A stretch of 64,000 nucleotides of DNA. Origin: an uncultured Chloroflexia bacterium (GTDB lineage Bacteria; Chloroflexota; Limnocylindria; QHBO01). Both the position numbers and the translations under genes were made by a program. Where the stretch lies: positions 960,001 to 1,024,000 of the forward strand of contig CAWHAZ010000005.1 of the NCBI GenBank assembly GCA_963827475.1. The letters are read 5' to 3'. The notes beneath the pieces were generated by a model. It saw only the letters and a list, made by a program, of their open reading frames with translations, was not told the DNA's origin and did no database searches. Of this stretch, positions 22,348-31,424 are shown one piece after another (position 1 is the first letter of the stretch; each line of letters starts with the position of its first letter).

Positions 22348-22983
22348 TCAGATGCGAGCCGCAGGCGGCTCCAGCACGAACTCCCCGATTGATTTCAGCT
22401 GGACGATGATCGAGACCACGGCCAGGCCAAGGGCCAGCAGCCACCAGCCGGCGTTGGTCGCGATGATCGCGTTCGCCACGCCGTCCCCGAGATCGGCCAC
22501 GGCAACCTGACCGAGCAGGACGAGGATGCCCGCGATTAAGGCATGCGCCCCGGCGATGGCGGTGATGACCACCAGCGCGGCGAGCGGCACGCCGGTCACG
22601 AACGCCGCCACGGCGAAAATCGCGCCGAGCAGCAGGCCGATGCCAACCGCGAGCAGGCCGGTCTCCGAGAACCCGAGCAGGGTCATGAATCCCCAGCCGA
22701 GCCAGTAGCCGACCGATGCGAACAGGATCACGACCGCGACGTACCAGAACAGGTACGACAGGACGGCGAAGACCAGGCCGAGGATGACGCCCACCACCCA
22801 GCTGGCGGTGGTCGCCAGGAAGCCGTCGCCGAAGAACTCCTGCAGCATCTGGGCTCCGAAAATGAAGCCGAAGAAGAAGCCCCAGATGGGCAGGAGGATC
22901 AGGGCGAGGCGGTAGCCCAGCACCATCATCGCCGCTCCGAGGGCGATCGCGATGATGCCGATCAACAGCGCCTGAAAGTCCAT
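22348..22983 (-). CDS. Multi-pass membrane protein, DUF4203/TMEM198-like
   Basis: About 7 TM helices, [17 protein letters not shown] motif, GGAGGAG SD. Confidence 0.7.
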   Translation of the reverse strand: MDFQALLIGIIAIALGAAMMVLGYRLALILLPIWGFFFGFIFGAQMLQEFFGDGFLATTASWVVGVILGLVFAVLSYLFWYVAVVILFASVGYWLGWGFMTLLGFSETGLLAVGIGLLLGAIFAVAAFVTGVPLAALVVITAIAGAHALIAGILVLLGQVAVADLGDGVANAIIATNAGWWLLALGLAVVSIIVQLKSIGEFVLEPPAARI

Positions 22984-23068
22984 CGAGTCTCCTCCACGCT
23001 ATTCCGGCCCCCCGGTTCCGGGTAGCCGCCGGATATCTTGCGCGTTCCGTCGGTCCGGGGGAACCCTT

Positions 23069-23590
23069 TCAGTGCACGAGCCCGTCGACCTCCGACACGA
23101 CGAACGTGGCCCGGCAGCGGTCGATCTCCGGCGCGGGACAGGCGGCCGCCTCCGGGTCGTCGAAATGTCCGGTCACGATCAGCGGCTCGAGCATGAGATG
23201 CCAGCCACCCGGCTCGGGCCGGGGCGGGAACGGCTCGCCGCTGGGGGCCGCCAGCCGCAGGCCGATGGCTTCGAGCGCGTCCTGGGAGGCCGCCGCTGCC
23301 GGCTGCTCGGCCAGCAGGAGGCGGAGCGGGCAGGTCCGCGCCAACCAGCCTGCGATCGGTGTCTCGTCCGGAGGCGCCTCGCAGTCGGCATCGAGGTTCG
23401 CGTACCAGCCCACGATCTCGATCTCCTCCGAGCCGTAGGTGGCCGCCGGATCGGCGAGGGCCAGGATCTCGGCCACGTCGATCCGCGAGTACTCCGGGCG
23501 CGGGCCGCCAAGGCTGCCGACGAGGAGGAAGAGGGCGAGGACGCCGACGAGGAGGACCGGGATCGCGATCCAGGCCGCCCGCTCGGTCAC
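23069..23590 (-). CDS. Hypothetical membrane-anchored protein with four Cys
   Basis: N-terminal TM helix, then VGWY, TGHFDDP.AA.C...C...FVV. Start uncertain. Confidence 0.6.
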   Translation of the reverse strand: MTERAAWIAIPVLLVGVLALFLLVGSLGGPRPEYSRIDVAEILALADPAATYGSEEIEIVGWYANLDADCEAPPDETPIAGWLARTCPLRLLLAEQPAAAASQDALEAIGLRLAAPSGEPFPPRPEPGGWHLMLEPLIVTGHFDDPEAAACPAPEIDRCRATFVVSEVDGLVH

Positions 23591-23603
23591 CGCGAGGAGC
23601 GGT

Positions 23604-24206
23604 TCATCGGTCCCGCAGGCGTTCCAGCAGGCGAAGGTCGTCCGCGATCGCGAGGCGAATGGCTCGCCGGACACCGGCGTCGGGGTGGGTGCCGAGGGCG
23701 TCGATCAAGCGGTCGCGGGCCGCATAGAGGCGGTCGAGCCCGGTGAGCCCGTCCGGGAGCGAGCCGTCCGCGCCCAGGTCGGCGGCGAGGGCCAGGTCCT
23801 GCTCGGCCAGCCCCGCGGTGTGCTCCGCGGCGTCCGGCCGGCTGTCGAGCGCGGTGGCGAGGTCCTCCCGGGCGAGCTCGGCCCAGTGGAGCCAGGTCTG
23901 GAGCTCGGTCGCGGAGGGCGGCAGGTCGTCGAGGGAGAAGCTCGCCCGTCGCGTGGCGCCGTCGCGCCGGTCGGCGGCCGCGCGCTCGACCTCGTACCAG
24001 TTGCCGACCGGCTCGACGAGGGGCTCCCCGTGGCCGCGAAGCCATGCCACGAACGCGCTCACGCGGGCCGGCACCGCCGCCACCGCGGCCGCGGGGTCGG
24101 CGGCCACGGCCGCGCAGCCCGGCAGCTCCCCGGCGAACGCCGCCGCGGCGCCGGTCTCGTCGATATCGGTCTCGACGAAGACGGCGTGGGGCAGGGTGCC
24201 GGCCAC
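23604..24206 (-). CDS. Hypothetical protein with HicB-like N-terminus
   Basis: ELPGC.A.A.DP..AVAAVP..V..FV.WL..HGEP pattern, then a helical domain; starts 10 nt after the uvrB stop. Confidence 0.6.
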   Translation of the reverse strand: MAGTLPHAVFVETDIDETGAAAAFAGELPGCAAVAADPAAAVAAVPARVSAFVAWLRGHGEPLVEPVGNWYEVERAAADRRDGATRRASFSLDDLPPSATELQTWLHWAELAREDLATALDSRPDAAEHTAGLAEQDLALAADLGADGSLPDGLTGLDRLYAARDRLIDALGTHPDAGVRRAIRLAIADDLRLLERLRDR

Positions 24207-24215
24207 GTCCTGCGC

Positions 24216-26354
24216 TCAGCGCCGGCGCGGAGGCCGGCGCCGGGTGCCGGCCGGGATGATGTTCGGGCGAGCCGCGGTGCTGAACACCTCGCGCCGCGGG
24301 CGGCCGTCTCCGCCCCACCCGTCCTGCCCGGCCTCCGCCGCCGCGGCGTACACGTCGGCCGGGATCTCGCCCGGGGCGGCGTTCAGCTCCTCGCGGAGCC
24401 GGCGCAGGGCGACCAGCTCGTCGCGCAGGGCGGCCGCCCGCTCGAACTCGAGGTTGCGCGCGGCCTCCCGCATCTGGGCCTCCAGTCGGGAGGCGAGCTC
24501 GGCGATCTCCTCGCTTCCCCGGCCTTCCAGGTCGAGGGCCTGCCGTTCCTCGGCCACGCGTCGGAGTCCCTCGTGGATGTCGCGGATGGCCTTCGTGATC
24601 GTCTCGGGCACGATCCCGTTCTCGGTGTTGTAGGCCTCCTGCTTCGCCCGCCGGCGATCGGTCTCGTCGATCGCCGCCCGCATGGCGGCCGTCTCCTTGT
24701 CGGCATACATGATCACCCGGCCGCCGATGTTCCGGGCCGCCCGCCCGATGACCTGGATGAGCGAGCCCCCGCTGCGCAGGAAGCCCTCCTTGTCCGCGTC
24801 CAGGATGGCGACCAGCGTCACCTCCGGCAGGTCCAGGCCCTCGCGGAGAAGGTTGATCCCGACCAGCACGTCGTACACCCCGAGGCGCAGGTCGCGGAGG
24901 ATCTCGACCCGCTCCAGGGTGTCGACCTCGCTGTGGAGCCACTGGACCTTGATGCCGAGCTCGGCGAGGTAGTCGGCGAGGTCCTCCGCCATCTTCTTGG
25001 TCAGGGTCGTGACCAGCACCCGCTCCCCGCGCGAGATGGTGTCGCGGATCTCGGCGAGGAGGTCGTCGACCTGGTGGGCCGTCGGCCGGACGGTGATCTG
25101 CGGGTCGACCACCCCGGTCGGGCGGATGAACTGCTCCACCACGCGCTCGGCGCGCTCCATCTCGTACGGGCCCGGCGTCGCGCTCATGGAGATCACCTGG
25201 TTGAGATGGGCCTCCCACTCGGCGAAGGTCAGCGGCCGGTTGTCGAGCGCCGACTCGAGCCGGAAGCCGAAGTCGACCAGGACCTCCTTCCGCGTCCGGT
25301 CGTTCTTGTACATGCCGTGGACCTGCGGGATGGTGATGTGGCTCTCGTCCACGATGAGCAGGAAGTCGGTCGGGAAGTAGTCGATCAGGGTCCACGGCCG
25401 GCTGCCCTTCTCCCGGCGCGAGAGGTGGCGCGAGTAGTTCTCGATCCCCGGGCAGAAGCCGACCTCGCGCAGCATCTCGAGGTCGAACAGCGTCCGCTGC
25501 CGGAGCCGCGCCGCCTCGAGCATCTGGCCCTTGCTCTCCAGCTCGCGGACCCGGATCTCCATCTCGGCCTCGATGTCGCCGATCGCGACCAGCAGCTTGT
25601 CGCGCGGCGTGACGTAGTGGGTGGCCGGGTAGAAGTTCACCTCCTGCCGTTCGGCGAGCACCTCGCCGGTCAGGCCGTCGACCTCCACGATCCGCTCCAC
25701 CTGGTCCCCGAAGAAGTCGATCCGGGTCACCTCTTCGCCGTGCGGCGGCTGGACCTCCAGCACGTCCCCGCGGACCCGAAACCGTGACCGTTGGAGCGCG
25801 GCATCGTTGCGCTGGTACTGGAGGTCGACCAGGTGACGGAGGACCCCGTCCCGCCGGTAGTGGCCGCCGACCTTGAGGTTGATGACCGTCGCCCCGTAGT
25901 CGATCGGCGCGCCGAGGCCGTAGATGCACGACACCGACGCCACGATGATCACGTCCTGCCGCTCGAACAGGGCGCGGGTCGCGTTGTGCCGCAGCCGGTC
26001 GATCTCGTCGTTGCGGGACGAGTCCTTCTCGATGTACGTGTCCGACCGCGGGAGGTACGCCTCCGGCTGGAAGTAGTCGTAGTAGCTGACGAAGTACTCG
26101 ACCGCGTTCTCCGGGAAGAACTCGCGGAACTCCTGGTACAGCTGCGCCGCCAGCGTCTTGTTGTGGGCCATGACCAGGGTCGGCCGCTGGGCCGCCTGGA
26201 TGACCTTGGCCGCGGTGAACGTCTTGCCGGTGCCGGTCGCGCCCAGCAGGACCTGGTGCCGCATGCCGTCGGACAGCCCATCCACCAGCCCGGCGATGGC
26301 CGCCGGCTGGTCTCCGGTGGGCTCGAATGGGGCGTGCAGGGTGAATTCGGGCAT
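24216..26354 (-). CDS. uvrB: Excinuclease ABC subunit B
   Basis: [42 protein letters not shown]-terminal UVR domain. Confidence 0.98.
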   Translation of the reverse strand: MPEFTLHAPFEPTGDQPAAIAGLVDGLSDGMRHQVLLGATGTGKTFTAAKVIQAAQRPTLVMAHNKTLAAQLYQEFREFFPENAVEYFVSYYDYFQPEAYLPRSDTYIEKDSSRNDEIDRLRHNATRALFERQDVIIVASVSCIYGLGAPIDYGATVINLKVGGHYRRDGVLRHLVDLQYQRNDAALQRSRFRVRGDVLEVQPPHGEEVTRIDFFGDQVERIVEVDGLTGEVLAERQEVNFYPATHYVTPRDKLLVAIGDIEAEMEIRVRELESKGQMLEAARLRQRTLFDLEMLREVGFCPGIENYSRHLSRREKGSRPWTLIDYFPTDFLLIVDESHITIPQVHGMYKNDRTRKEVLVDFGFRLESALDNRPLTFAEWEAHLNQVISMSATPGPYEMERAERVVEQFIRPTGVVDPQITVRPTAHQVDDLLAEIRDTISRGERVLVTTLTKKMAEDLADYLAELGIKVQWLHSEVDTLERVEILRDLRLGVYDVLVGINLLREGLDLPEVTLVAILDADKEGFLRSGGSLIQVIGRAARNIGGRVIMYADKETAAMRAAIDETDRRRAKQEAYNTENGIVPETITKAIRDIHEGLRRVAEERQALDLEGRGSEEIAELASRLEAQMREAARNLEFERAAALRDELVALRRLREELNAAPGEIPADVYAAAAEAGQDGWGGDGRPRREVFSTAARPNIIPAGTRRRPPRRR

Positions 26355-26474
26355 GTCAGTACCGGCGGACCACTTCGGGGGAGCCGATTCTAGCGGACCC
26401 CATCGGTACCGATGCCAAAGCGATCTAACGGGTCATATCCGAACCGCAGGCCCGTTCGTACGCTGGCGGCTCAT

Positions 26475-27095
26475 ATGGGTCTCATCGGGTCCCGGCGCCG
26501 GAGTGGGCAGGTGGGCGGTCATGCCGTCCACGGTGCCGCTGCGCCTGCCCCTCGCGGGCAGGCGATGGTCGAGTTCGTGGTCGTCCTGACGCCGCTCATC
26601 CTGATCGTGGTCGCGATCATCCAGTTCGGCCTGTTCTACGGGGCGCACGTCACCCTCACCAACGCCGCTCGCGAGGGGGCGCGGGCGGGCACGATCTACG
26701 TCTACGACCGCAGCCACACCGCGTACTGGAACGACGCGCACCGCTGCGCGGCGATCCTGAACGCGGCAACGGCGTCCTTCGGCATGCTCGATGACGCCAG
26801 TCCCCACTTCGCGGCCACGCTGAGCGGCGGGGCCTGCCCGACGCCGACCTCCACGACCCTGGTCAATGGCGACATGACCGTGTCCTACTGCGCGTCGGCC
26901 GCGGTGGACGATCCCTGTCCCGATCCGCTCAACGGCCTGACCGCCTGCGTGACCGATACCCGCGAGGCGTGCTTCGTCAGGGTGGAGATCCGATACCACA
27001 GCGACGTCGTCGTGCCGCTCATCAGCGATCTGCTGTCGACCGATGGCAACGGGCGATTCCTGCAGCGGGCGACGGCGACGATGGTGGTGAATTGA
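26475..27095 (+). CDS. TadE-like pseudopilin
   Basis: RGQAMVEF prepilin-type motif, TM helix, LTNAAREGAR, six Cys. Start uncertain (26475 or 26511). Confidence 0.85.
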   Translation: MGLIGSRRRSGQVGGHAVHGAAAPAPRGQAMVEFVVVLTPLILIVVAIIQFGLFYGAHVTLTNAAREGARAGTIYVYDRSHTAYWNDAHRCAAILNAATASFGMLDDASPHFAATLSGGACPTPTSTTLVNGDMTVSYCASAAVDDPCPDPLNGLTACVTDTREACFVRVEIRYHSDVVVPLISDLLSTDGNGRFLQRATATMVVN

Positions 27096-27097
27096 CC

Positions 27098-29020
27098 GTG
27101 CCCACCGACCGCTCGGCGCCGGGCCAGGTGCTCGTGATCGTGGCCCTCACCATGGTCATCCTCCTCGTCTTCACCGGACTGGCCATCGACGTCGGGCGGC
27201 AGGTCGCCGAGCAACGTCACGCGCAGAGCGCCGCCGATGCCGGTGCCCTCGCCGCGTGCCGTGCCCTGATCGCCGGCGATTCCGACACCTCCGCCGCGGC
27301 GCAGGCGCGGGTCATCGCCGAGGTCAACCTGGAGCAGTCACCCGCCGGGACGCAGGGCGTGATCGCGCCCGACGGGTCCCGCGTCTACACGTCGGGCCAC
27401 GCCGGCGACCCGGCGCACCTCGTCAGCGGCATCATCGTGAACGGGGCGACCGTGCGGGTCGCGATCGAGTCGCAGGTCGACGCCGTCCTCGCCCGCCTGG
27501 TCGGGGTGCCCAGCCTCCAGGCGGTCGGTCGTGCCCACTGCCAGCTGCAGGGCGGACCGGCGGTCCCGATCGTGGCTCGCCGATACGAGGGGCCGCCCGG
27601 CCCCGGAGGCGGATTCGTGGACGCCCTGGCAACGTCCGGGACGTCCACCCTCGGCCAGGTGGATGCCACCAGCGTCCTCGGCTACGACGTCCGAACCCCG
27701 GCCAGCGAGGCCGATCCGGGCCCCACCTTCGAGCTCTACGGACCCGCTGCCAAGGCAAACAACGACAGTGACTTCCGCGGATTCATCGCCCTCGACGTCA
27801 GGAACTACTCCTCCACCACGTCCCGCGTCTACTACAACGGGGTCACCGCCGGGGTCACCGAGAACACCCTGAAGAACATGGAGGGTGACTACCTGCTCAC
27901 CGGCTATCCGGGGCCCGCATTCCCCCCGATCACGAACCCGGCCGACCCGAACGACCAGGTCGGCGCCCTGTCCGGCAACGACACCGCCATGGTGGTCGGC
28001 AACTTCTCCGACGTCTACGCCAATGGCGATCGCATCCTGCTCGCGGTCTACAACGGCACCGTGATGGAGATCCCGGACTTCTCCATCACCCCGCCGACCG
28101 CCATCGTGCTGCCGGCGACGACCAGCACCCCAACCGCCGGCCCGAACTTCACCGTCTCGCGGAACGACGCATTCAACAGCACGGTCGCGCTGTCGCTGCA
28201 CGGCGACCACGCCGCCCCCTTCTCCGGGTACGACCTCATCCCCGGCGAGCCGCCGTCCAACGCCGCTCCGACCACCGGCCACATGAACGAGCCACTGTGG
28301 TCGACGAACAACTTCATCCCGGACAAGCACGGGACGACCGTCCAGATGCAGTCGATGTCGACCAACGCCGTCCCGGCCGGCATCTACACCGTCTGGCTCG
28401 AGGGCCTGTCCGGCGACCCGTACTACCAGACCCGCAAGAAGCCGACCGCCGTCCGCATCGGCGGCGCCGTTCGCGACTTCAGCCTCAACAACTCCAACAC
28501 CTCCACCGACATCGCCACGCTCGGCGGGACGGCAAACCTCACCCTGTACGTGTCGACGACCAGCGCGTCGAGCACCCGATGGGGCGCCTCCGGCCTTCCA
28601 GTCAGCCTCACCGTCGACGCAGGGTCGTTCACCGATTGCAGCTACGGGGCTGCCTCGATCAACCCCGGCCAGCTCACGATCTCACCGGCCTTCGCCATGC
28701 CGTCGGCGAGCGGCAACGGGACGCCGGCCACGTTGACGATCAACTCGCTCGGCCTGGCGCCCGGCTGCTACTCGTTCGTCGTCCGCGGCTCGGGAACGAA
28801 CGGCGCGAACCAGCCCGTGACCCATCTCCAGCAGATCACCTTCAACGTCGCGACGACCGCCAGCAGCGGCAAGTACGTCGACGTCATCGGCTTCGCCGTG
28901 TTCGAGGTCACTGGCCTCGATGCCAATTCGATCACCGGGCACGCCGTGAGTCCAATCGCGGCCGATGCCAACGACCCGTCGCTGCGACGCGCGCAGCGAC
29001 CCCGCCTCGTCCCGTGGTAA
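27098..29020 (+). CDS. TadG-like pilus protein with large S/T/N-rich beta-rich body
   Basis: GQVLVIVAL..., GLAIDVG, AQSAADAGALA, C-terminal VDVIGFAVFEV. Confidence 0.82.
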   Translation: MPTDRSAPGQVLVIVALTMVILLVFTGLAIDVGRQVAEQRHAQSAADAGALAACRALIAGDSDTSAAAQARVIAEVNLEQSPAGTQGVIAPDGSRVYTSGHAGDPAHLVSGIIVNGATVRVAIESQVDAVLARLVGVPSLQAVGRAHCQLQGGPAVPIVARRYEGPPGPGGGFVDALATSGTSTLGQVDATSVLGYDVRTPASEADPGPTFELYGPAAKANNDSDFRGFIALDVRNYSSTTSRVYYNGVTAGVTENTLKNMEGDYLLTGYPGPAFPPITNPADPNDQVGALSGNDTAMVVGNFSDVYANGDRILLAVYNGTVMEIPDFSITPPTAIVLPATTSTPTAGPNFTVSRNDAFNSTVALSLHGDHAAPFSGYDLIPGEPPSNAAPTTGHMNEPLWSTNNFIPDKHGTTVQMQSMSTNAVPAGIYTVWLEGLSGDPYYQTRKKPTAVRIGGAVRDFSLNNSNTSTDIATLGGTANLTLYVSTTSASSTRWGASGLPVSLTVDAGSFTDCSYGAASINPGQLTISPAFAMPSASGNGTPATLTINSLGLAPGCYSFVVRGSGTNGANQPVTHLQQITFNVATTASSGKYVDVIGFAVFEVTGLDANSITGHAVSPIAADANDPSLRRAQRPRLVPW

Positions 29021-29041
29021 CTCGCATCAAGGAGCCTCGTC

Positions 29042-29884
29042 GTGTCGTTCGAAGACCCAGATAGGAATCGCCGCAGGTCCAGGATCTACGTCGGCGTCGG
29101 ATTGATCATGGCCGTCCTCGTCGGTGGCGTGGTGCTCGTCGCACTGCAGAGCAGCGCGATGCTCCGTGAGCCGGTGGAGATGCGCGCGGTCGTCGTCGCC
29201 GTCCGCGACATCGCCAGCCGCAAGCCGATCGAGGAGGGCGACGTCGCGCTTCGCGAAGTCGTCGCCGACCCGACCAACGAGACCGCGTACACGCTGATCG
29301 AGGACGTTCTCGGCCGTGTGAGCGGGGTCCCGATCGCGACGGGCCAGCTCGTCACCCGCAACATGCTCGCCGCATCTACCACCGGCCAGGCGTACTCCAT
29401 CCTCGAGGCCGGGGAGGAATACGACCCGACTGGACCGGAGCTGCGCGCGGTGTCGATCAACGTTCCCGACGACCGGGCCGTGGCGGGCACCCTCGTCCCC
29501 GGCCAGTGGGTCGACCTCGTCGTGACCCTGGCCATCAACCCCTCGATCGGCGTGGTGACGGAAGCGCCGGATCCAGAGGCTGCGGAGCCTGGGGCCGAGA
29601 CAGGATTCGTCGCCGGCCCGTCCACCAAGGTGACGCTCCAGATGCTCACCGTCCTGGCACGGAACGGGGCGATCTACATCCTCCGGACCGATCTCGCCAC
29701 CGCCGAGAAGATCGCCGAGCTGACGGCCGCCGGCGGCCAGTTCACCCTGGTCCTCCGGCCGGACGAGGACGACCGCGTGGCCAACACGACGGGGTCGACC
29801 CTCGACATGCTGCTCGACGAATTCGGTTTCCCGATCCCGGTGCCGCCGGCCCTCGGAAACGAGCAGGCCGCTCCGGCCAACTGA
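29042..29884 (+). CDS. cpaB: Flp pilus assembly protein CpaB/RcpC-like (SAF domain)
   Basis: TM helix, VVVAVRDI...PI, RAVSINV...AVAG.LVPG..VDLVVT. Confidence 0.8.
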   Translation: MSFEDPDRNRRRSRIYVGVGLIMAVLVGGVVLVALQSSAMLREPVEMRAVVVAVRDIASRKPIEEGDVALREVVADPTNETAYTLIEDVLGRVSGVPIATGQLVTRNMLAASTTGQAYSILEAGEEYDPTGPELRAVSINVPDDRAVAGTLVPGQWVDLVVTLAINPSIGVVTEAPDPEAAEPGAETGFVAGPSTKVTLQMLTVLARNGAIYILRTDLATAEKIAELTAAGGQFTLVLRPDEDDRVANTTGSTLDMLLDEFGFPIPVPPALGNEQAAPAN

Positions 29885-29947
29885 CCAGCCGCGACGAGGC
29901 GGTGAGAGCCCCGGCGTCCGCCACGGGCGGGCGTCGGGGTTCGGTTT

Positions 29948-30522
29948 CTACTCGGCCCCAATAAGCGCCGCGAGCGCGCGTTCGACGTCGCGCCGAGTCT
30001 CGGGCAGGGGTGCCGAGCCATCGATCACCACGTCCGCGGCGGCGGCCATCTCTTCCGCCGGCATCTGGCTCGCCATCCGCCGGTCCGCCTCGTCTTTCGG
30101 CATCCCTCGCTGCGCGAGCCTGCCCGTCGGCGTCCTCCGGTCGACAGGTGACGACCCAGACCTGGTCGCAGCGCTCGCGCAGCGGTGACTCGAGCAGCTT
30201 GATCGCCTCCACCACCGCGACCTCGGTCCCGGCCACGGCCAGGGCCATCGAGGCGGTCGCGGACGCGGTCGCGGACGGCGGGGTGGACGATGGCCTCGAG
30301 GTCCGCCAGCGCGCCGGCGTCGCTGAACACGGCGCGAGCCAGGGCGGGCGGTTCGGTGGTGCCGAAGCGGGCCAGGATGGCGGCGCGCACGTTCGGATCC
30401 GTCTCGCGGGCGTCTCGCGCGATCTCGTCGGCGTCGAGGGTGGCCGCTCCCAGCTCGTGCAACATCCCGGCGACGGTGGTCTTCCCGCAACCGATGCGCC
30501 CGGTCAGCCCGATCACCTTCAT
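29948..30522 (-). CDS. coaE: Dephospho-CoA kinase (frameshifts near 30250 and 30130)
   Basis: VIGLTGRIGCGKTTV, DADEIAR, LEAIVHPAV, VEAIKLLE, RMASQM across frames. Confidence 0.9.
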
Positions 30523-31400
30523 GGCCGCTGGTCCGCCGCGGCCGGCCCCACCGGTGCCGGCTCAACTGCCGCGGGTTGGCAGCGCGGGCAGAAATGCGTG
30601 GCCCGCAGGTTGACCACGATCCGCTGGATCGGTCGCCCGCAGCGGAAGCACGGCTCGTCGGTCCGGCGGTAGACCCGCATCCGCTCCGCGGCGAGGCCCG
30701 GTTCGCCATCGGGGTCCACGTAGTCGCGGTAGGACGCTCCCCCGCCAGCCAGGCCCTCGCGCAGCGCGGCCCGGATGCCGCGGTGCAGGCGCCGGATCTC
30801 GTCTTCGGTCAGGGTGTCTGCCCGACGGAGCGGGTGAAGGCGCGCTCGCCACAGTGCCTCATCGGCGTAGATGTTCCCCACGCCGGCGATGAACGACTGG
30901 TCCAGGAGCAGCGTCTTCAGGCGGGCGCTCCGGCGCTGCAGCCGAGACGCCAGCCGCGCGGCGGTGAACGACGGGGCCAGGGGCTCCGGCCCGTGGCGCG
31001 CGAAGACGTCCGCCACCCGACGCCGGCCGCGTCCCGGGTAGAGGCCGATCCGCCCGAACTTCCGCGCGTCGCGGAACCGGAGCTGCCGCCCGTCGACCAG
31101 GTCGAACACGACCCGTGCATGTGGATCCGGGGCGGTCCCCGGCGCGGCGACGATCAGGGCGCCGGTCATCCGCAGGGCCACCGTGAGCACGCGGCCGTCG
31201 TCGAGGTACAGGACGACCGATTTCGCCCGCCGCCCGACCCGGCCCACGACCCCGCCGCTCACCTCCATCGCGAACCGCTCCGGTGGCTGCGGGTAGGCGA
31301 TCGTCCGCGGCCAGAGAACCTCCGCGGCGCGAATCTCCGCGCCCGGCAGCCGTGCCTGGAGGCGACGGGCCACGGTCTCCACCTCGGGCAGCTCAGGCAT
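30519..31400 (-). CDS. mutM: Formamidopyrimidine-DNA glycosylase Fpg
   Basis: MPELPEVET, LRMTG, D.RKFG, LLDQ..AGVGNIYADE, C-terminal zinc finger. Confidence 0.96.
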   Translation of the reverse strand: MPELPEVETVARRLQARLPGAEIRAAEVLWPRTIAYPQPPERFAMEVSGGVVGRVGRRAKSVVLYLDDGRVLTVALRMTGALIVAAPGTAPDPHARVVFDLVDGRQLRFRDARKFGRIGLYPGRGRRRVADVFARHGPEPLAPSFTAARLASRLQRRSARLKTLLLDQSFIAGVGNIYADEALWRARLHPLRRADTLTEDEIRRLHRGIRAALREGLAGGGASYRDYVDPDGEPGLAAERMRVYRRTDEPCFRCGRPIQRIVVNLRATHFCPRCQPAAVEPAPVGPAAADQRP

Positions 31401-31424
31401 CGGATTGGCCGGGCATCGGATTCG

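Noticed and set aside
26440-26458. GAAC...GTTC near uvrB as a second SOS box
   Set aside because: The spacer is 9 nt, not 4.
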